A stretch of DNA of 32,000 nt, from positions 1,140,001 to 1,172,000 of the forward strand of contig NZ_JAGIOS010000003.1 of assembly GCF_017876815.1 (NCBI RefSeq), written 5' to 3'. This document shows, in pieces, positions 1-8,897 of this stretch. The position numbers and the translations under genes are program-made. Source of the DNA: Sinorhizobium meliloti. GTDB lineage: Bacteria > Pseudomonadota > Alphaproteobacteria > Rhizobiales > Rhizobiaceae. Below the pieces are notes generated by a model. The model was given only the letters and a program-made list of their open reading frames with translations. It made no database searches and was not told the DNA's origin. The stretch's first letter is position 1. Each line of letters starts with the position of its first letter.

Positions 1-843
1 GCCCTGCACCACGGGAATGTCGCGGCTCGCGACGCTGTCCACCAGAAGCGAGCCGATACCGGGCCAGGCGAAGAGCTTCTCGATGACCACGGCCTGGCCG
101 ATCAGCGAACCGAATTGCAGGCCGACGGTCGTGACGATCAGCACCAGCGCGTTGCGCGCCACATGCCAGCGCACCACCTTGGCCTCGCTCATGCCCTTGG
201 AATGGGCGGTGCGGATGAAGTCGGCGTTGAGGACATCGAGGACCCCGGCCCGCGTGGTGCGCGCGAGAAGCGCAAGCGGCGTGACCCCTAGCGTGACGGC
301 GGGCAGAATCAGGTTCCGGAAGGACCCGTCGCCGTAGCCGAAGCTCGGCAACCAGTTCAGCTGCAGGGCGAAGAGATACATCATCAGGAGGCCCAGCCAG
401 AACTGCGGCATGGAGAGGCCGGACACCGCCCCGATCATCGTCACCGTATCGAGCACCGAGCCGGGCCTCAGCGCCGCAACGAAGCCGAGCGGCACACTGA
501 TGACGAGGGCGAAGATCATGGCGGCGATCGCCAGTTGCAGCGAGGCCCACATGCGGTCGTTGATGAGGTCGATCACCGGCTGACGGGTGCGGAAACTGGT
601 GCCGAGATCGAATTGCGCAAGGTCCGTGACATAGGTCACGAAGCGCTCCATCAACGGCTTGTTCAGCCCGAATTCCTCGTTGAGGCGGGCGATCATCTGC
701 GGGTCGGCGGCGCGCCTGCCGTCGGCGAAGAGGCTTGCGGCGAAGGTTCCCGGTACGACGCTGAAGATGACGAATATAAGCAACGCAACGACCACGACCG
801 TGGGTATGATCTGCAGGACGCGGCGCAGGGTGAAACGAAGCAT
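1..843 (-). CDS. Dpp/Opp-type (peptide/nickel family) ABC transporter permease, N-terminal 281 codons; C-terminus lies beyond the window start
   Basis: Absent from the ORF track because it has no stop in the window. My translation of the minus strand from ATG 843-841 gives MLRFTLRRVLQIIPTVVVVALLIFVIFSVVPG...SMPQFWLGLLMMYLFALQLNWLPSFGYG...FIRTAHSKGMSEAKVV..., a typical DppB/OppB layout. It lies directly downstream of the family-5 SBP gene. Confidence 0.85.
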   Translation of the reverse strand, partial: MLRFTLRRVLQIIPTVVVVALLIFVIFSVVPGTFAASLFADGRRAADPQMIARLNEEFGLNKPLMERFVTYVTDLAQFDLGTSFRTRQPVIDLINDRMWASLQLAIAAMIFALVISVPLGFVAALRPGSVLDTVTMIGAVSGLSMPQFWLGLLMMYLFALQLNWLPSFGYGDGSFRNLILPAVTLGVTPLALLARTTRAGVLDVLNADFIRTAHSKGMSEAKVVRWHVARNALVLIVTTVGLQFGSLIGQAVVIEKLFAWPGIGSLLVDSVASRDIPVVQG

Positions 844-924
844 GAGCGGTTCCGTTCTGGCCGCCCGTACGGGCGGCGACAATCGATGAGGGGCAGCCGC
901 AGCTACCCCCTCCCCCTCAAGGTC

Positions 925-2517
925 TTACTGGCGCGATGACGGCGCCGTCTCGTCGATCCAGATTTCGTCATAGGGCTGGATCGCCAGTTCCGTCGCGTTC
1001 GGAACGAGGCCGTGGATCCACGGCTGGTAGGCCATCACCGCCTTGTTGTAGTTGAAGAACCAGACCGGAGCGTCGTCCTGCACGATGTTGTTGGCCTGGC
1101 GCAGGAGATCGTTCTGCTTGGCCGAGTCGCGTTCCTGCTGCGCCGCCTCGTAGAGCTTGTCGAATTCCGGGCTTGCATAGCTGGTGTAGTTGCAGGCCGA
1201 TTGCGCCGTCTTCGAATAGTAGCAACGCAGTGCGTTCAGCGGGTCGGGGCCAGAAAGGTTCGACCAGATGAAGGCCTGGAAGTTGTTGGTCGTCACCGCC
1301 TCGCCGAGCGTGGAGCTTTCGACCGGCTTCGGCTTCACGGTGATGCCGACCTTCTTCAGCATCGGCAGGATGGCTTCGACGATCGGCACGCCCCAGCTTT
1401 CGTTCGGGCTCGCCGTCACCTCGAATTCGAAGCCGTCGGCATAGCCGGCCTCGGCGAGCAATGCCTTTGCCTTCTCCGGATCGTAGGCGTAGGGCGCCTT
1501 GTCCTTGTCGAAGGCGGGCGAGGAGATCGGCAGCCAGCCGGAGGCCGGGTAGGCCTTGTTCTTGACCAGGCGTTCGATGATCAGCGGCGCATTGATGGCA
1601 TGGTTGATCGCCTGGCGCACCCGCTTGTCCTTGAAGGGCTCGAAGGCGGGGTTGAAGCCGATATTGCGGGTATAGACCTCGGCGACTTCCAGGAGGTGAT
1701 CTTTCAGCCCCTCCTCGCCCTGATAGGCCTGGTATTGGGTAGGGCCGAGGATCGAAACGTCGATTTCCTTGTTGCGGAAGGCGACGTCGCGCGCGGCGTC
1801 CTCAGCCATCAGCACGATGTTGATGCGATCGAGATAGGGCCTGCCCTCCTCGTAGTACTTGTCGAATTTTTCCACGACGACCTGCGAACCGGGTACGTGC
1901 TCCTTGAAGACGAAGGCGCCGAGGCCGACCGGATTCTTGCCGAAGGTCGATTCGTCCTCGACATTCGACGGATAGATGACCGTCGTGTTCTGCATTAGCG
2001 GGAAGCCGGGATTGATCGTGCCGGTATAGGTGATCTCGAGCGTGTGGTCATCGATCTTCTTCAGCCCCGAAATCTCGTCGGCCTTGCCGGCGATATAATC
2101 CTCGGCGCCCTTGATGACGGCGATGAAGCTCGCGCCGGGGAAGGCGTTTTCCGGGTTGGCGATGCGCTTGTAGCTGTAGATGATGTCGTCGGCAGTCAGC
2201 GGCTTGCCGTTGTGGAACACGGCGTTTTTACGCAGGTGATAGGTGTGGACCATGCCGTCCTCGGAAACCTCCTCCGAGGTCGCCAGTTCCAGGACGGGCT
2301 TGTTCTGGTTCGAATCCCAGCTGTAGAGCGCACGGTGGATGGCCTGGGTGATGAATTCTTCCTGCGTGTTAGGGCTCGACTGCACGTCCAGCGTGGCGAA
2401 GCTCGAGCCGTAGGGCGCGGTGAAGACGAGCGTTCCGCCATGGCGCTCGCCCGCGGCAAGCGCCCCGGCAGCCACGCCGAGGCTGAGCATTGCGGCCAGT
2501 GTCAATCTCTTCAGCAT
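925..2517 (-). CDS. ABC transporter substrate-binding protein, family 5 (peptide/nickel/opine type)
   Basis: 530-aa ORF with a signal peptide (MLKRLTLAAMLSLGVAAGALAAG). Size and sequence character match DppA/OppA-like SBPs. The permease gene follows. Confidence 0.9.
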   Translation of the reverse strand: MLKRLTLAAMLSLGVAAGALAAGERHGGTLVFTAPYGSSFATLDVQSSPNTQEEFITQAIHRALYSWDSNQNKPVLELATSEEVSEDGMVHTYHLRKNAVFHNGKPLTADDIIYSYKRIANPENAFPGASFIAVIKGAEDYIAGKADEISGLKKIDDHTLEITYTGTINPGFPLMQNTTVIYPSNVEDESTFGKNPVGLGAFVFKEHVPGSQVVVEKFDKYYEEGRPYLDRINIVLMAEDAARDVAFRNKEIDVSILGPTQYQAYQGEEGLKDHLLEVAEVYTRNIGFNPAFEPFKDKRVRQAINHAINAPLIIERLVKNKAYPASGWLPISSPAFDKDKAPYAYDPEKAKALLAEAGYADGFEFEVTASPNESWGVPIVEAILPMLKKVGITVKPKPVESSTLGEAVTTNNFQAFIWSNLSGPDPLNALRCYYSKTAQSACNYTSYASPEFDKLYEAAQQERDSAKQNDLLRQANNIVQDDAPVWFFNYNKAVMAYQPWIHGLVPNATELAIQPYDEIWIDETAPSSRQ

Positions 2518-2573
2518 TTCGTTCTCCCTCTCGCGCCGTTCTCGGCATCGTTTCGGTTCAGTCCGGCAGGCCG

Positions 2574-4199
2574 TCAGCGCGCATCATGCACGACGCGGCC
2601 CGCAAGCAGGGTCAGCACGCAGCTTGTGTCCGAAAGGATGGTTTCGGGCGGGGCGGCCAGAAGGTCGTTGTCGAAGACGGCGATGTCCGCCCACTGGCCC
2701 GGCACGAGCCGCCCTTTCACCCCCTCGGCTTTCTGCGAATAGGCGCCGTATTCCGTATAGGCCTGCAATGCCTCCTCGCGGCTCAGCCGTTCGGATGCTT
2801 CCATCACCGTGCCCTTGCCCGTCTGGCGCGTGAGCATCGCGTGCAGGTTCGGGAACGGATCGGGCGAGCAGACCGGCGAATCCGAGCCGGTCGACGGTTT
2901 CAGGCCCATGCACATCCAGGTGCCGATCGGGTAGGATAACCGGCCGCGCTCCTCCCCGAGCACGGATATGTAGCTGTCGCCAAAATCGTGGATGAAGGCC
3001 ATCTGCGGCGCAGGCAGAATACCGGCCGCCTTCATGCGCGCATTCTGATCCGGGGTGGAAAAGCCGCAATGCTCGACGCGATGGCGGCGGTCGGGATCGG
3101 GATTTGCGGCAAGCGCCTTCTCGTAGGCCGTGATGAGCTGCTCGATCGCACCGTCGCCGATGGCGTGGCAGACCATCTGATAGCCGCGGTCGTGGCAGGC
3201 CTTGACGACCGCCTCGACCTCCGCATCCGGCAGCATCTGGACGCCGATATTGTCCGGCTCGCCCCTATAGGGCCTCGTCATCCAGGCGGTGCGCCCGCCC
3301 GCCGAGCCGTCGAGGAAGACCTTGACGCCGCCGACGCGCAGCATGTCGTCGCCGGCGCCGGAAAGAAGGCCCGCGCGCCAGCAATCCTCGACGATGGAAA
3401 CGCCGGGATCGCCAAGCAGGGTCAGCCAGACGCGCACCGGCAGCCGGCCGGAAAGCTTGGCCATCTCATAGGCCTGGATTTCGGCAAAACCGGAGACCTG
3501 CCCCACGGCCGCATCCATGCAGCTCGTGATTCCGAAGGAGAGCAGATACCGCCCTGCCCGCTCGATTCCGTCGATCAGGTCCTCGGTCGTTGCCGACGGC
3601 ATGGCGGCCTTGACGAGGTTCTGCGCGTTTTCCGCGAGGAAGCCGTTCAGCCGGCCCTCCGTGACGCCGATCACGCCACCTTCCGGCACGGCCGTCGCCT
3701 CAGTGATGCCGGCAAGCTCCAGAGCGCGGGAGTTGGCGATCGAAACATGGCCGCAGGCCCGTGTCAGTAGGACTGGGTGATCGGGGGCGACGCGATCGAG
3801 ATCGTCGCGCGTCGGGTGCCGTCCGGTGTCGAGCTTGACCTGATCATAGCCGCGGGCGCGCACCCAGCCGCCCTTCGGCGTCGTGGCTGCGCGGTCGGAA
3901 ATCCGGCCCATCAGGGCGGCGAGCGTCGGCGCGCTCGCGGGCGTAGCGTCGACCCAGCCCATGGCCATGCCGGTCGCGATGAGGTGCAGGTGGTTGTCGA
4001 TGAGGCCGGGGGTGGCGAAGCGGCCTTCGAGATCGATGACCTCGGTGCGCGGCCCCTTCAGGCCCAAGATGTCCGTATCGCTGCCGGTTGCAAGAATCTT
4101 GCCTTGCCACACGGCGAGAGCCTCGCTGATGCCCTCCTCCCGGCCGCGCCAGATCCGGCCATTGATGAGGATAAGATCGGCTTTTATTCCGAACGCCAT
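2574..4199 (-). CDS. Metal-dependent amidohydrolase, Amidohydro_3 / COG1574 (YtcJ-like) family
   Basis: 541-aa ORF with an HxH metal motif in PGLIDNHLHL and later HAIGDGA, RVEHCGF and GSDSPV segments typical of this TIM-barrel hydrolase family. First gene of the amidohydrolase-SBP-permease string. Substrate cannot be inferred. Confidence 0.8.
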   Translation of the reverse strand: MAFGIKADLILINGRIWRGREEGISEALAVWQGKILATGSDTDILGLKGPRTEVIDLEGRFATPGLIDNHLHLIATGMAMGWVDATPASAPTLAALMGRISDRAATTPKGGWVRARGYDQVKLDTGRHPTRDDLDRVAPDHPVLLTRACGHVSIANSRALELAGITEATAVPEGGVIGVTEGRLNGFLAENAQNLVKAAMPSATTEDLIDGIERAGRYLLSFGITSCMDAAVGQVSGFAEIQAYEMAKLSGRLPVRVWLTLLGDPGVSIVEDCWRAGLLSGAGDDMLRVGGVKVFLDGSAGGRTAWMTRPYRGEPDNIGVQMLPDAEVEAVVKACHDRGYQMVCHAIGDGAIEQLITAYEKALAANPDPDRRHRVEHCGFSTPDQNARMKAAGILPAPQMAFIHDFGDSYISVLGEERGRLSYPIGTWMCMGLKPSTGSDSPVCSPDPFPNLHAMLTRQTGKGTVMEASERLSREEALQAYTEYGAYSQKAEGVKGRLVPGQWADIAVFDNDLLAAPPETILSDTSCVLTLLAGRVVHDAR

Positions 4200-4380
4200 T
4201 CACAACTCCCCCTGTCGGCACCGGACGGGCCGGCACCTATTTCCTCCAGGCGCAAGGTGAAAGGTTGCAGTTGGCTTGGCCAATTCGCTTTTGGCACCAA
4301 CCCATGCAGAAACGACATACCTATTTCGATTGAATGACTTATGATCGGCCGCAGCAGACGCGCAGCAAAGGGAAGCGGAC

Positions 4381-5322
4381 ATGGAGATCAAGTGGCTGGA
4401 GGATTTCGTGACGCTTGCCGACACGTCCAGCTTCTCGCGCGCGGCCGAGCTGCGCAACGTGACTCAACCTGCCTTCAGCCGCCGGATCAAGCAGTTGGAG
4501 AGTTGGCTGGGCGCAACGCTGATCAGCCGCGCGACCATGCCGGCCGAACTCACGCCTGCGGGGCGCAATTTCCTGCCGGTCGCACAGGAAGCGATCCGCA
4601 CCTTCTATGCGGCGCGCGAAGTGCTGCGTCTCCCGCACGAGCCGGGCCTCATCCGCTTTGCCGCGCTGCATACGCTGACGGTCACCTTCTTCCCCCGCTG
4701 GCTGAAGACGCTGGAAGCGGCGGGTGGATCGTTCAGCACCTCGCTCATTCCGGACCGCGGCGGAATCGAAGCGAACCTCGACGCGCTCGTCGGCGATGAG
4801 GCGGATTTCTTCCTCACCTATGCGCATCCGGAAGTGCCGTTTCATCTCGATAGCGGGCAGTTTTCCTCGCTGACCGTAGCCCATGACCGACTGATTCCGC
4901 TGGTCGCGGCGGAGATCGTACTGTCCGGCGATCCGCAGCCCGGACTGAACCTCCTCGACCGCGCCATCGCGCAGCCGCGGCTCGCCATCCCCTATCTGAG
5001 CTACGGCTTCAATTCCTTCTTCGGGGTCGCCCTGTCGCGCCTGCTGCTGCGCCGCCCGCCCTTCCGGCGCCGTACGACGCACGAAAACACAATCAGCGCC
5101 GGCCTGATGAACATGGCGGTGACGGGTGCGGGCGTGTGCTGGCTGCCGGAGAGCCTGGCGCGCGAGGAAATCGACGCGCGCCGCCTCGTGCCTGCCTCTG
5201 CCGACGAGGGTTGGAACCTCGACCTCGAAATCCGCCTTTACCGCCACGCAGCGAGCCGCAACCGCAAGGTCGAGGAACTATGGGCGACGGCGCAGCGACT
5301 CCTGGAACCCGCACCGGCCTGA
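4381..5322 (+). CDS. LysR-family transcriptional regulator
   Basis: 313 aa with an N-terminal wHTH, MEIKWLEDFVTLADTSSFSRAAELRNVTQPAFSRRIKQLESWLG. Divergent from the amidohydrolase/ABC operon across a 181-bp intergenic region. Confidence 0.9.
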   Translation: MEIKWLEDFVTLADTSSFSRAAELRNVTQPAFSRRIKQLESWLGATLISRATMPAELTPAGRNFLPVAQEAIRTFYAAREVLRLPHEPGLIRFAALHTLTVTFFPRWLKTLEAAGGSFSTSLIPDRGGIEANLDALVGDEADFFLTYAHPEVPFHLDSGQFSSLTVAHDRLIPLVAAEIVLSGDPQPGLNLLDRAIAQPRLAIPYLSYGFNSFFGVALSRLLLRRPPFRRRTTHENTISAGLMNMAVTGAGVCWLPESLAREEIDARRLVPASADEGWNLDLEIRLYRHAASRNRKVEELWATAQRLLEPAPA

Positions 5323-5338
5323 TCAGACCTTCACTGGA

Positions 5339-6376
5339 TCACGGGGACGGGTTCTCCATCAACCAGTCGGCAAGGCAGGGATAGATGCGGCCGTTGCGCC
5401 CCGGCATGGCGGGGGCCATGCAGAGCGCGTTCAGGACGGCCTCCTGCGTCATATCAGCGGCGGCGCGGAAGGCGATGTCGATGTGGCCGTCGGCGAGCCG
5501 CTCCTGCGTGGTGAACGCTGTGGCAGGCTCATGTTCCACCGGGTCGGCGGTGGTGAAACAGAGGGCGACATCGCCGCTGCCATGGCCCCAGAATGCGCCG
5601 AGCCGGGCAAGGCCCGCGCCGGCACGCCGCGCGACCCGCTGCAACTGGCGATCTGCCAAGGGAAGATCGGTCGCCATGACGACGATGACGGAGCCGCGCT
5701 CGGGACCGGCCGGCACGCGCGGATCGGGCCGGCGCCCGTCCGGCAGGACGAGGTCCCCCGCCGCGCCGAAATTGGCAAGGACCAGCGTGCCGAGCGTGAA
5801 GTCGCGCTTGCCGACTCGCATGCGCCGCGAGGCCGTGCCGATGCCGGCCTTGAAGCCGAAGGCGGTCATGCCGGAGCCGGCGCCGACCGCACCCTGTTCC
5901 ACCGGCCCCGTGCGCGCGGCGTCCAGCGCCGCCTCGGCGTCGGCGGGCGTTACCGCCAGCGCCTGAATGTCGTTTATGCTGCCGTCATTGCACTCGCAGA
6001 CCAGTGCATTGACGGTCGAGGTCTTTCGCCCGATCGCCGGGTTAGCGGAGATGGCGCGGCGGACCAGCGCTTCGGTGCAGGCGGCAACGCCAAAGGTGTT
6101 GGTGAGCATGATCGGCGTCTCGATCGTGCCGAGTTCGGCCACCTGCATCAGCCCCGCCGACTTGCCGAAGCCGTTGATTACCTCCACCGCCGCCCGCGGC
6201 TTCACGCGGAACACGTCGCCTGCATGCGGGAGGATCGCCGTGACCCCGGTGAAGAGGCCCTCGCCGCGCAGCGACCGGTGGCCGACCGAAACGCCCGCGA
6301 CGTCCGTAATGGCATTGCCCGGCCCCGGTTCCAGCCTGCCCTGCGGGATCAGCCCCAGTTCCCGTGCGGTCTTCAT
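5339..6376 (-). CDS. P1/S58 family peptidase (DmpA/BapA-like aminopeptidase, Ntn-hydrolase)
   Basis: 345 aa. The N-terminus ...GPGNAITDVAGVSVGH and the internal ...GPERGSVIVVMATDLPL (Gly-Ser autoprocessing-type site followed by ATDxPL) match the DmpA family as I recall it. Confidence 0.8.
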   Translation of the reverse strand: MKTARELGLIPQGRLEPGPGNAITDVAGVSVGHRSLRGEGLFTGVTAILPHAGDVFRVKPRAAVEVINGFGKSAGLMQVAELGTIETPIMLTNTFGVAACTEALVRRAISANPAIGRKTSTVNALVCECNDGSINDIQALAVTPADAEAALDAARTGPVEQGAVGAGSGMTAFGFKAGIGTASRRMRVGKRDFTLGTLVLANFGAAGDLVLPDGRRPDPRVPAGPERGSVIVVMATDLPLADRQLQRVARRAGAGLARLGAFWGHGSGDVALCFTTADPVEHEPATAFTTQERLADGHIDIAFRAAADMTQEAVLNALCMAPAMPGRNGRIYPCLADWLMENPSP

Positions 6377-6426
6377 ATCGCCCCTCCCTACATCGCTTTT
6401 CCGTTTCAGTGAAACAGTCGACGGAT

Positions 6427-7278
6427 CTAGACCGGAACGCCAGCCGCTTCCAGGTAGAGGGCCTGGAGTTTTCGGGTCATCGGACCGGGCTTGCCGTTGC
6501 CGACCACCCGGTCGCCGATGCGCACGACGGGCATGACGAGGCTCGAGGCGGAGGTCTGGAACGCCTCCGCGGCGGCCTGCGCCTCGTTGGGCGTGAAGGC
6601 GCGCTCCTCGATCGCGAGATCCTCGGCGGCACAGAGCAGTGCGAGGGCGCGCTGCGTGCAGCCGGGCAGCGTCGCGCGCGACGCGGCGCGGGTAAGGATG
6701 CGCCCGTCACCGGTGATGACATGGGCCGTGGAGGATGCGCCCTCCGTCACCAGTCCGTTCTCCACCAGCCAGACATCGTCGAAACCGCGGGCGCGGGCCG
6801 CCTGCTTCGCCATGACCTGACCGAGCAGCATGGCGGTCTTGATGTCGCGACGGTGCCAGCGCGGATCGTCGGCGAGATCGACCGAGATGCCGTCCTGCTG
6901 GGCCTTCGTGCCGGTCAGCGTCTTCGCCTGCGTGAAGCCGACGAACCGCGGCGCCAGTGCGTCGGAATAGAGAAAGTCGCGATCCGCCTCGCCGCGCGAG
7001 ACCTGCAGATAGATTGTGCCGTCCCGCAAGGCGTTGCGGGCGATCAATTCCGCCTGGACGCCGGCAATCTCCTTGCGCGAGAGGCCGAGCGGAATGGCGA
7101 GTTCCCTCAGCGAGCGTTCGAGACGGTCAAGATGCAGGTCGTTGTCGATCATCCGCCCGCCGATAACCGCCGTCACTTCGTAGACGGCATCGCCGAACAG
7201 GAAGCCGCGATCGAAAAGCCCTATGCGGGCCTCCTCTTCCGGTACGAATTGACCGTAGACATAGACGATCCTGCCCAT
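6427..7278 (-). CDS. dat: D-amino-acid aminotransferase (fold-type IV PLP enzyme)
   Basis: 283 aa. It tracks Bacillus D-amino-acid aminotransferase motif by motif, from memory: DRGFLFGDAVYEV, IYLQVSRG, RWHRRDIKT (catalytic Lys), LLGQVMAKQ, VTEGASS, FQTSASS..MPV. Immediately upstream of the DmpA-like gene on the same strand. Confidence 0.8.
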   Translation of the reverse strand: MGRIVYVYGQFVPEEEARIGLFDRGFLFGDAVYEVTAVIGGRMIDNDLHLDRLERSLRELAIPLGLSRKEIAGVQAELIARNALRDGTIYLQVSRGEADRDFLYSDALAPRFVGFTQAKTLTGTKAQQDGISVDLADDPRWHRRDIKTAMLLGQVMAKQAARARGFDDVWLVENGLVTEGASSTAHVITGDGRILTRAASRATLPGCTQRALALLCAAEDLAIEERAFTPNEAQAAAEAFQTSASSLVMPVVRIGDRVVGNGKPGPMTRKLQALYLEAAGVPV

Positions 7279-7375
7279 CTGTTCCCCTTGCTGCGCGCGT
7301 TGCCCTACAGCGCCGCGCCCTCTTTCAGACGCGCAAAGGTCGCTGCAAAATCGTCAATTTGCCGCATGTTTCTTC

Positions 7376-7395
7376 TTTCATCGGATCCGATGAAA
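7376..7395. promoter_or_regulatory. 20-bp perfect palindrome TTTCATCGGATCCGATGAAA; candidate protein-binding site upstream of dat
   Basis: Read directly: TTTCATCGGA and its reverse complement TCCGATGAAA with no spacer. It lies about 100 nt upstream of the dat start and about 140 nt downstream of the BA14K stop. Confidence 0.4.
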
Positions 7396-7535
7396 CGAGA
7401 CATGCAGTCGGAACATAGGAACGACTCGCCGCGGCTGACCAATTCAATTCGGGCAGCATCCTATGCAAAATTTGCCTGAGATTTTGTTTTCAATCGGTTG
7501 ATGCCGTCTCCCGGCGCAATCGACCAGGCGCCTCG

Positions 7536-8231
7536 TTACCGGCACTGCCTGCGCGGGCCGCCGCGGTAAGGCTGGTAACTGTTGTCTTCGGGGCGGTAGG
7601 AGCGGTAGCGGCTGAAGCAATAGGCAACATGCTCCTGCGTCAGTCTGATTGCCTCGCCATCATCGGCCGAGTATTCCATCTGCGTCGAGGGGTCATCGGC
7701 ATCTTCCGCATCGATACCGGGCGTTTCAGGCCAAAGATCCTCCGACGGCCCCCACGCCGCATCCATGTAGGGTGAGTTGCAGGTCCGCCGTCCGCCACTG
7801 AAAGATCTGTAGCTGTTGTCGAACGGACGATAGCTGCGATAGCGTTTTGCACACCATTCGGCATGAGCGGCGGGCACTGTCGACGCCGTCGGCTGCTCCT
7901 GCGCGGGCGGCGGTTGAGTTGAAGCGGTGGCCATCCTGTCCAAAGGCTCCGGAGAGCGTTCCTTTTCGGCCTCATTGGCCATTGCGGGCGTCTCAGGCTC
8001 TTTCGAAGCGTTGAGGTCGGACGGTGCGGGGCGGGCGGGCAGCCGCTCGAATTGCTGGGCCGCCCTGTCGACTGCTCGCGGCTGCTTGGTCCATATCTCT
8101 GACTGATTCACGTCCAGCTGCGGCTGGCGCGCAGGCTTGCCGGTTAGGAACAAGACTGCGACGACCGCCCCGCTCAGGAACAACGCGAGAGACAGGACGA
8201 ACCCGCCAAATACCGCCAACGCCGTTTTCAC
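7536..8231 (-). CDS. BA14K-family protein with N-terminal membrane anchor and two BA14K Cys-bounded modules
   Basis: 231 aa with a GTG start 6 nt after GGAGG. It has a hydrophobic N-terminus (ALAVFGGFVLSLALFLSGAVVAVLFL) and a Pro/Ala/Glu-rich linker. Two repeats follow: CAKRYRSYRPFDNSYRSFSGGRRTC (7779-7853) and CFSRYRSYRPEDNSYQPYRGGPRRQC (7542-7619), matching the BA14K C-x-RYRSY-x-x-x-x-x-[ST]Y...G..R.C pattern. Confidence 0.8.
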   Translation of the reverse strand: MKTALAVFGGFVLSLALFLSGAVVAVLFLTGKPARQPQLDVNQSEIWTKQPRAVDRAAQQFERLPARPAPSDLNASKEPETPAMANEAEKERSPEPLDRMATASTQPPPAQEQPTASTVPAAHAEWCAKRYRSYRPFDNSYRSFSGGRRTCNSPYMDAAWGPSEDLWPETPGIDAEDADDPSTQMEYSADDGEAIRLTQEHVAYCFSRYRSYRPEDNSYQPYRGGPRRQCR

Positions 8232-8357
8232 CTAAGCCTCCTTCGTCCTTCCACGAAGAAATGCAAGGGCACGGTCTCAAGTTCCGACAATGCCTCAGAA
8301 TGCTTGAGTGCTTTCGGGATAGGGGGCTGCGGTGCCGGTGTTCCGGTCGAAGAAATC

Positions 8358-8756
8358 CTATGCCGCCTCGGGAATGCGCGCGATGACCTTGATCTCGAAA
8401 TCGAACCCGGCAAGCCAGTTTACGCCCAGCGCGGTCCAGTTGGGATAAGGTGGAGTGCCGAAGATCTGATTCTTGACGGCCATGATGGTTTCGAACTGGT
8501 TCTCGGGGTCGGTATGGAACGTGGTCACATCGACTATATCGTCGAAGGTGCAGCCGGCCGCATTCAGCGTCGCCCGTAGATTGTCGAAAGCCAATTGGAC
8601 CTGGCGCCCGAAATCCGGTTCCGGAGTACCATCGGAACGGCTGCCGACCTGCCCGGAGACGAACAGGAGGTCGCCGGAGCGGATCGCGGCTGAATATCCG
8701 TGAGCTTCGTACAGGGCATGCCGATTTGCGGGAAAGATTGCGTCGCGTCGCGTCAT
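8358..8756 (-). CDS. RidA (YjgF/YER057c/UK114) family protein
   Basis: The ORF track gives 8358-8789 with a GTG start. I prefer ATG at 8756 (MTRRDAIFPANRH...), preceded by AAGGAA 7 nt upstream, giving 132 aa, the usual RidA size. ...LLFVSGQVG... and ...VDVTTFHTD... are typical of the family. Confidence 0.8.
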   Translation of the reverse strand: MTRRDAIFPANRHALYEAHGYSAAIRSGDLLFVSGQVGSRSDGTPEPDFGRQVQLAFDNLRATLNAAGCTFDDIVDVTTFHTDPENQFETIMAVKNQIFGTPPYPNWTALGVNWLAGFDFEIKVIARIPEAA

Positions 8757-8831
8757 CTGTTCATTCCTTTTCAACGTTTCTGCCGGCACCGGCTGATTGT
8801 GACATCAGCCCGGGATCGCGCCACCAGCTCT

Positions 8832-8848
8832 ACATACGCAGCGTATGT
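8832..8848. promoter_or_regulatory. Palindromic box 1, ACATACGC-A-GCGTATGT
   Basis: Perfect 8+1+8 palindrome in the 304-bp intergenic region upstream of the RidA-family gene. It shares a 21-mer (17/21 identical) with box 2. Confidence 0.4.
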
Positions 8849-8878
8849 GAACCAGCATCCGCAGCGCCTGTCAACTCA

Positions 8879-8897
8879 CATATACGCTACGTATGTG
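8879..8897. promoter_or_regulatory. Palindromic box 2, CATATACG-CTA-CGTATGTG (one mismatch)
   Basis: Imperfect palindrome 48 bp from box 1. The 21-mer ATATACGCTACGTATGTGAAA (8880-8900) aligns with ACATACGCAGCGTATGTGAAC (8832-8852). Confidence 0.35.

Noticed and set aside
4292-4308. Sigma54-like TGGCAC-N-ATGCA upstream of the LysR gene.
   Set aside because: The GG-to-GC spacing is 13 nt, not the strict 12 nt of the TGGCACG-N4-TTGCW consensus, and the -12 element reads ATGCA. No enhancer-binding protein is nearby, so it is probably chance.
5126-6412. Long ORFs antisense to confidently assigned genes: 5126-6412(+), 1012-1998(+), 6364-7479(+), 10831-12138(+), 16231-17307(+), 18164-19258(+), 19884-21146(+), 24369-25721(-) and 25788-27089(-).
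   Set aside because: They are typical high-GC artefacts. Their translations are Arg/Ala/Gly/Pro-rich and low in complexity with no recognisable domains and no convincing RBS. Each exactly shadows a gene with strong family motifs on the other strand.
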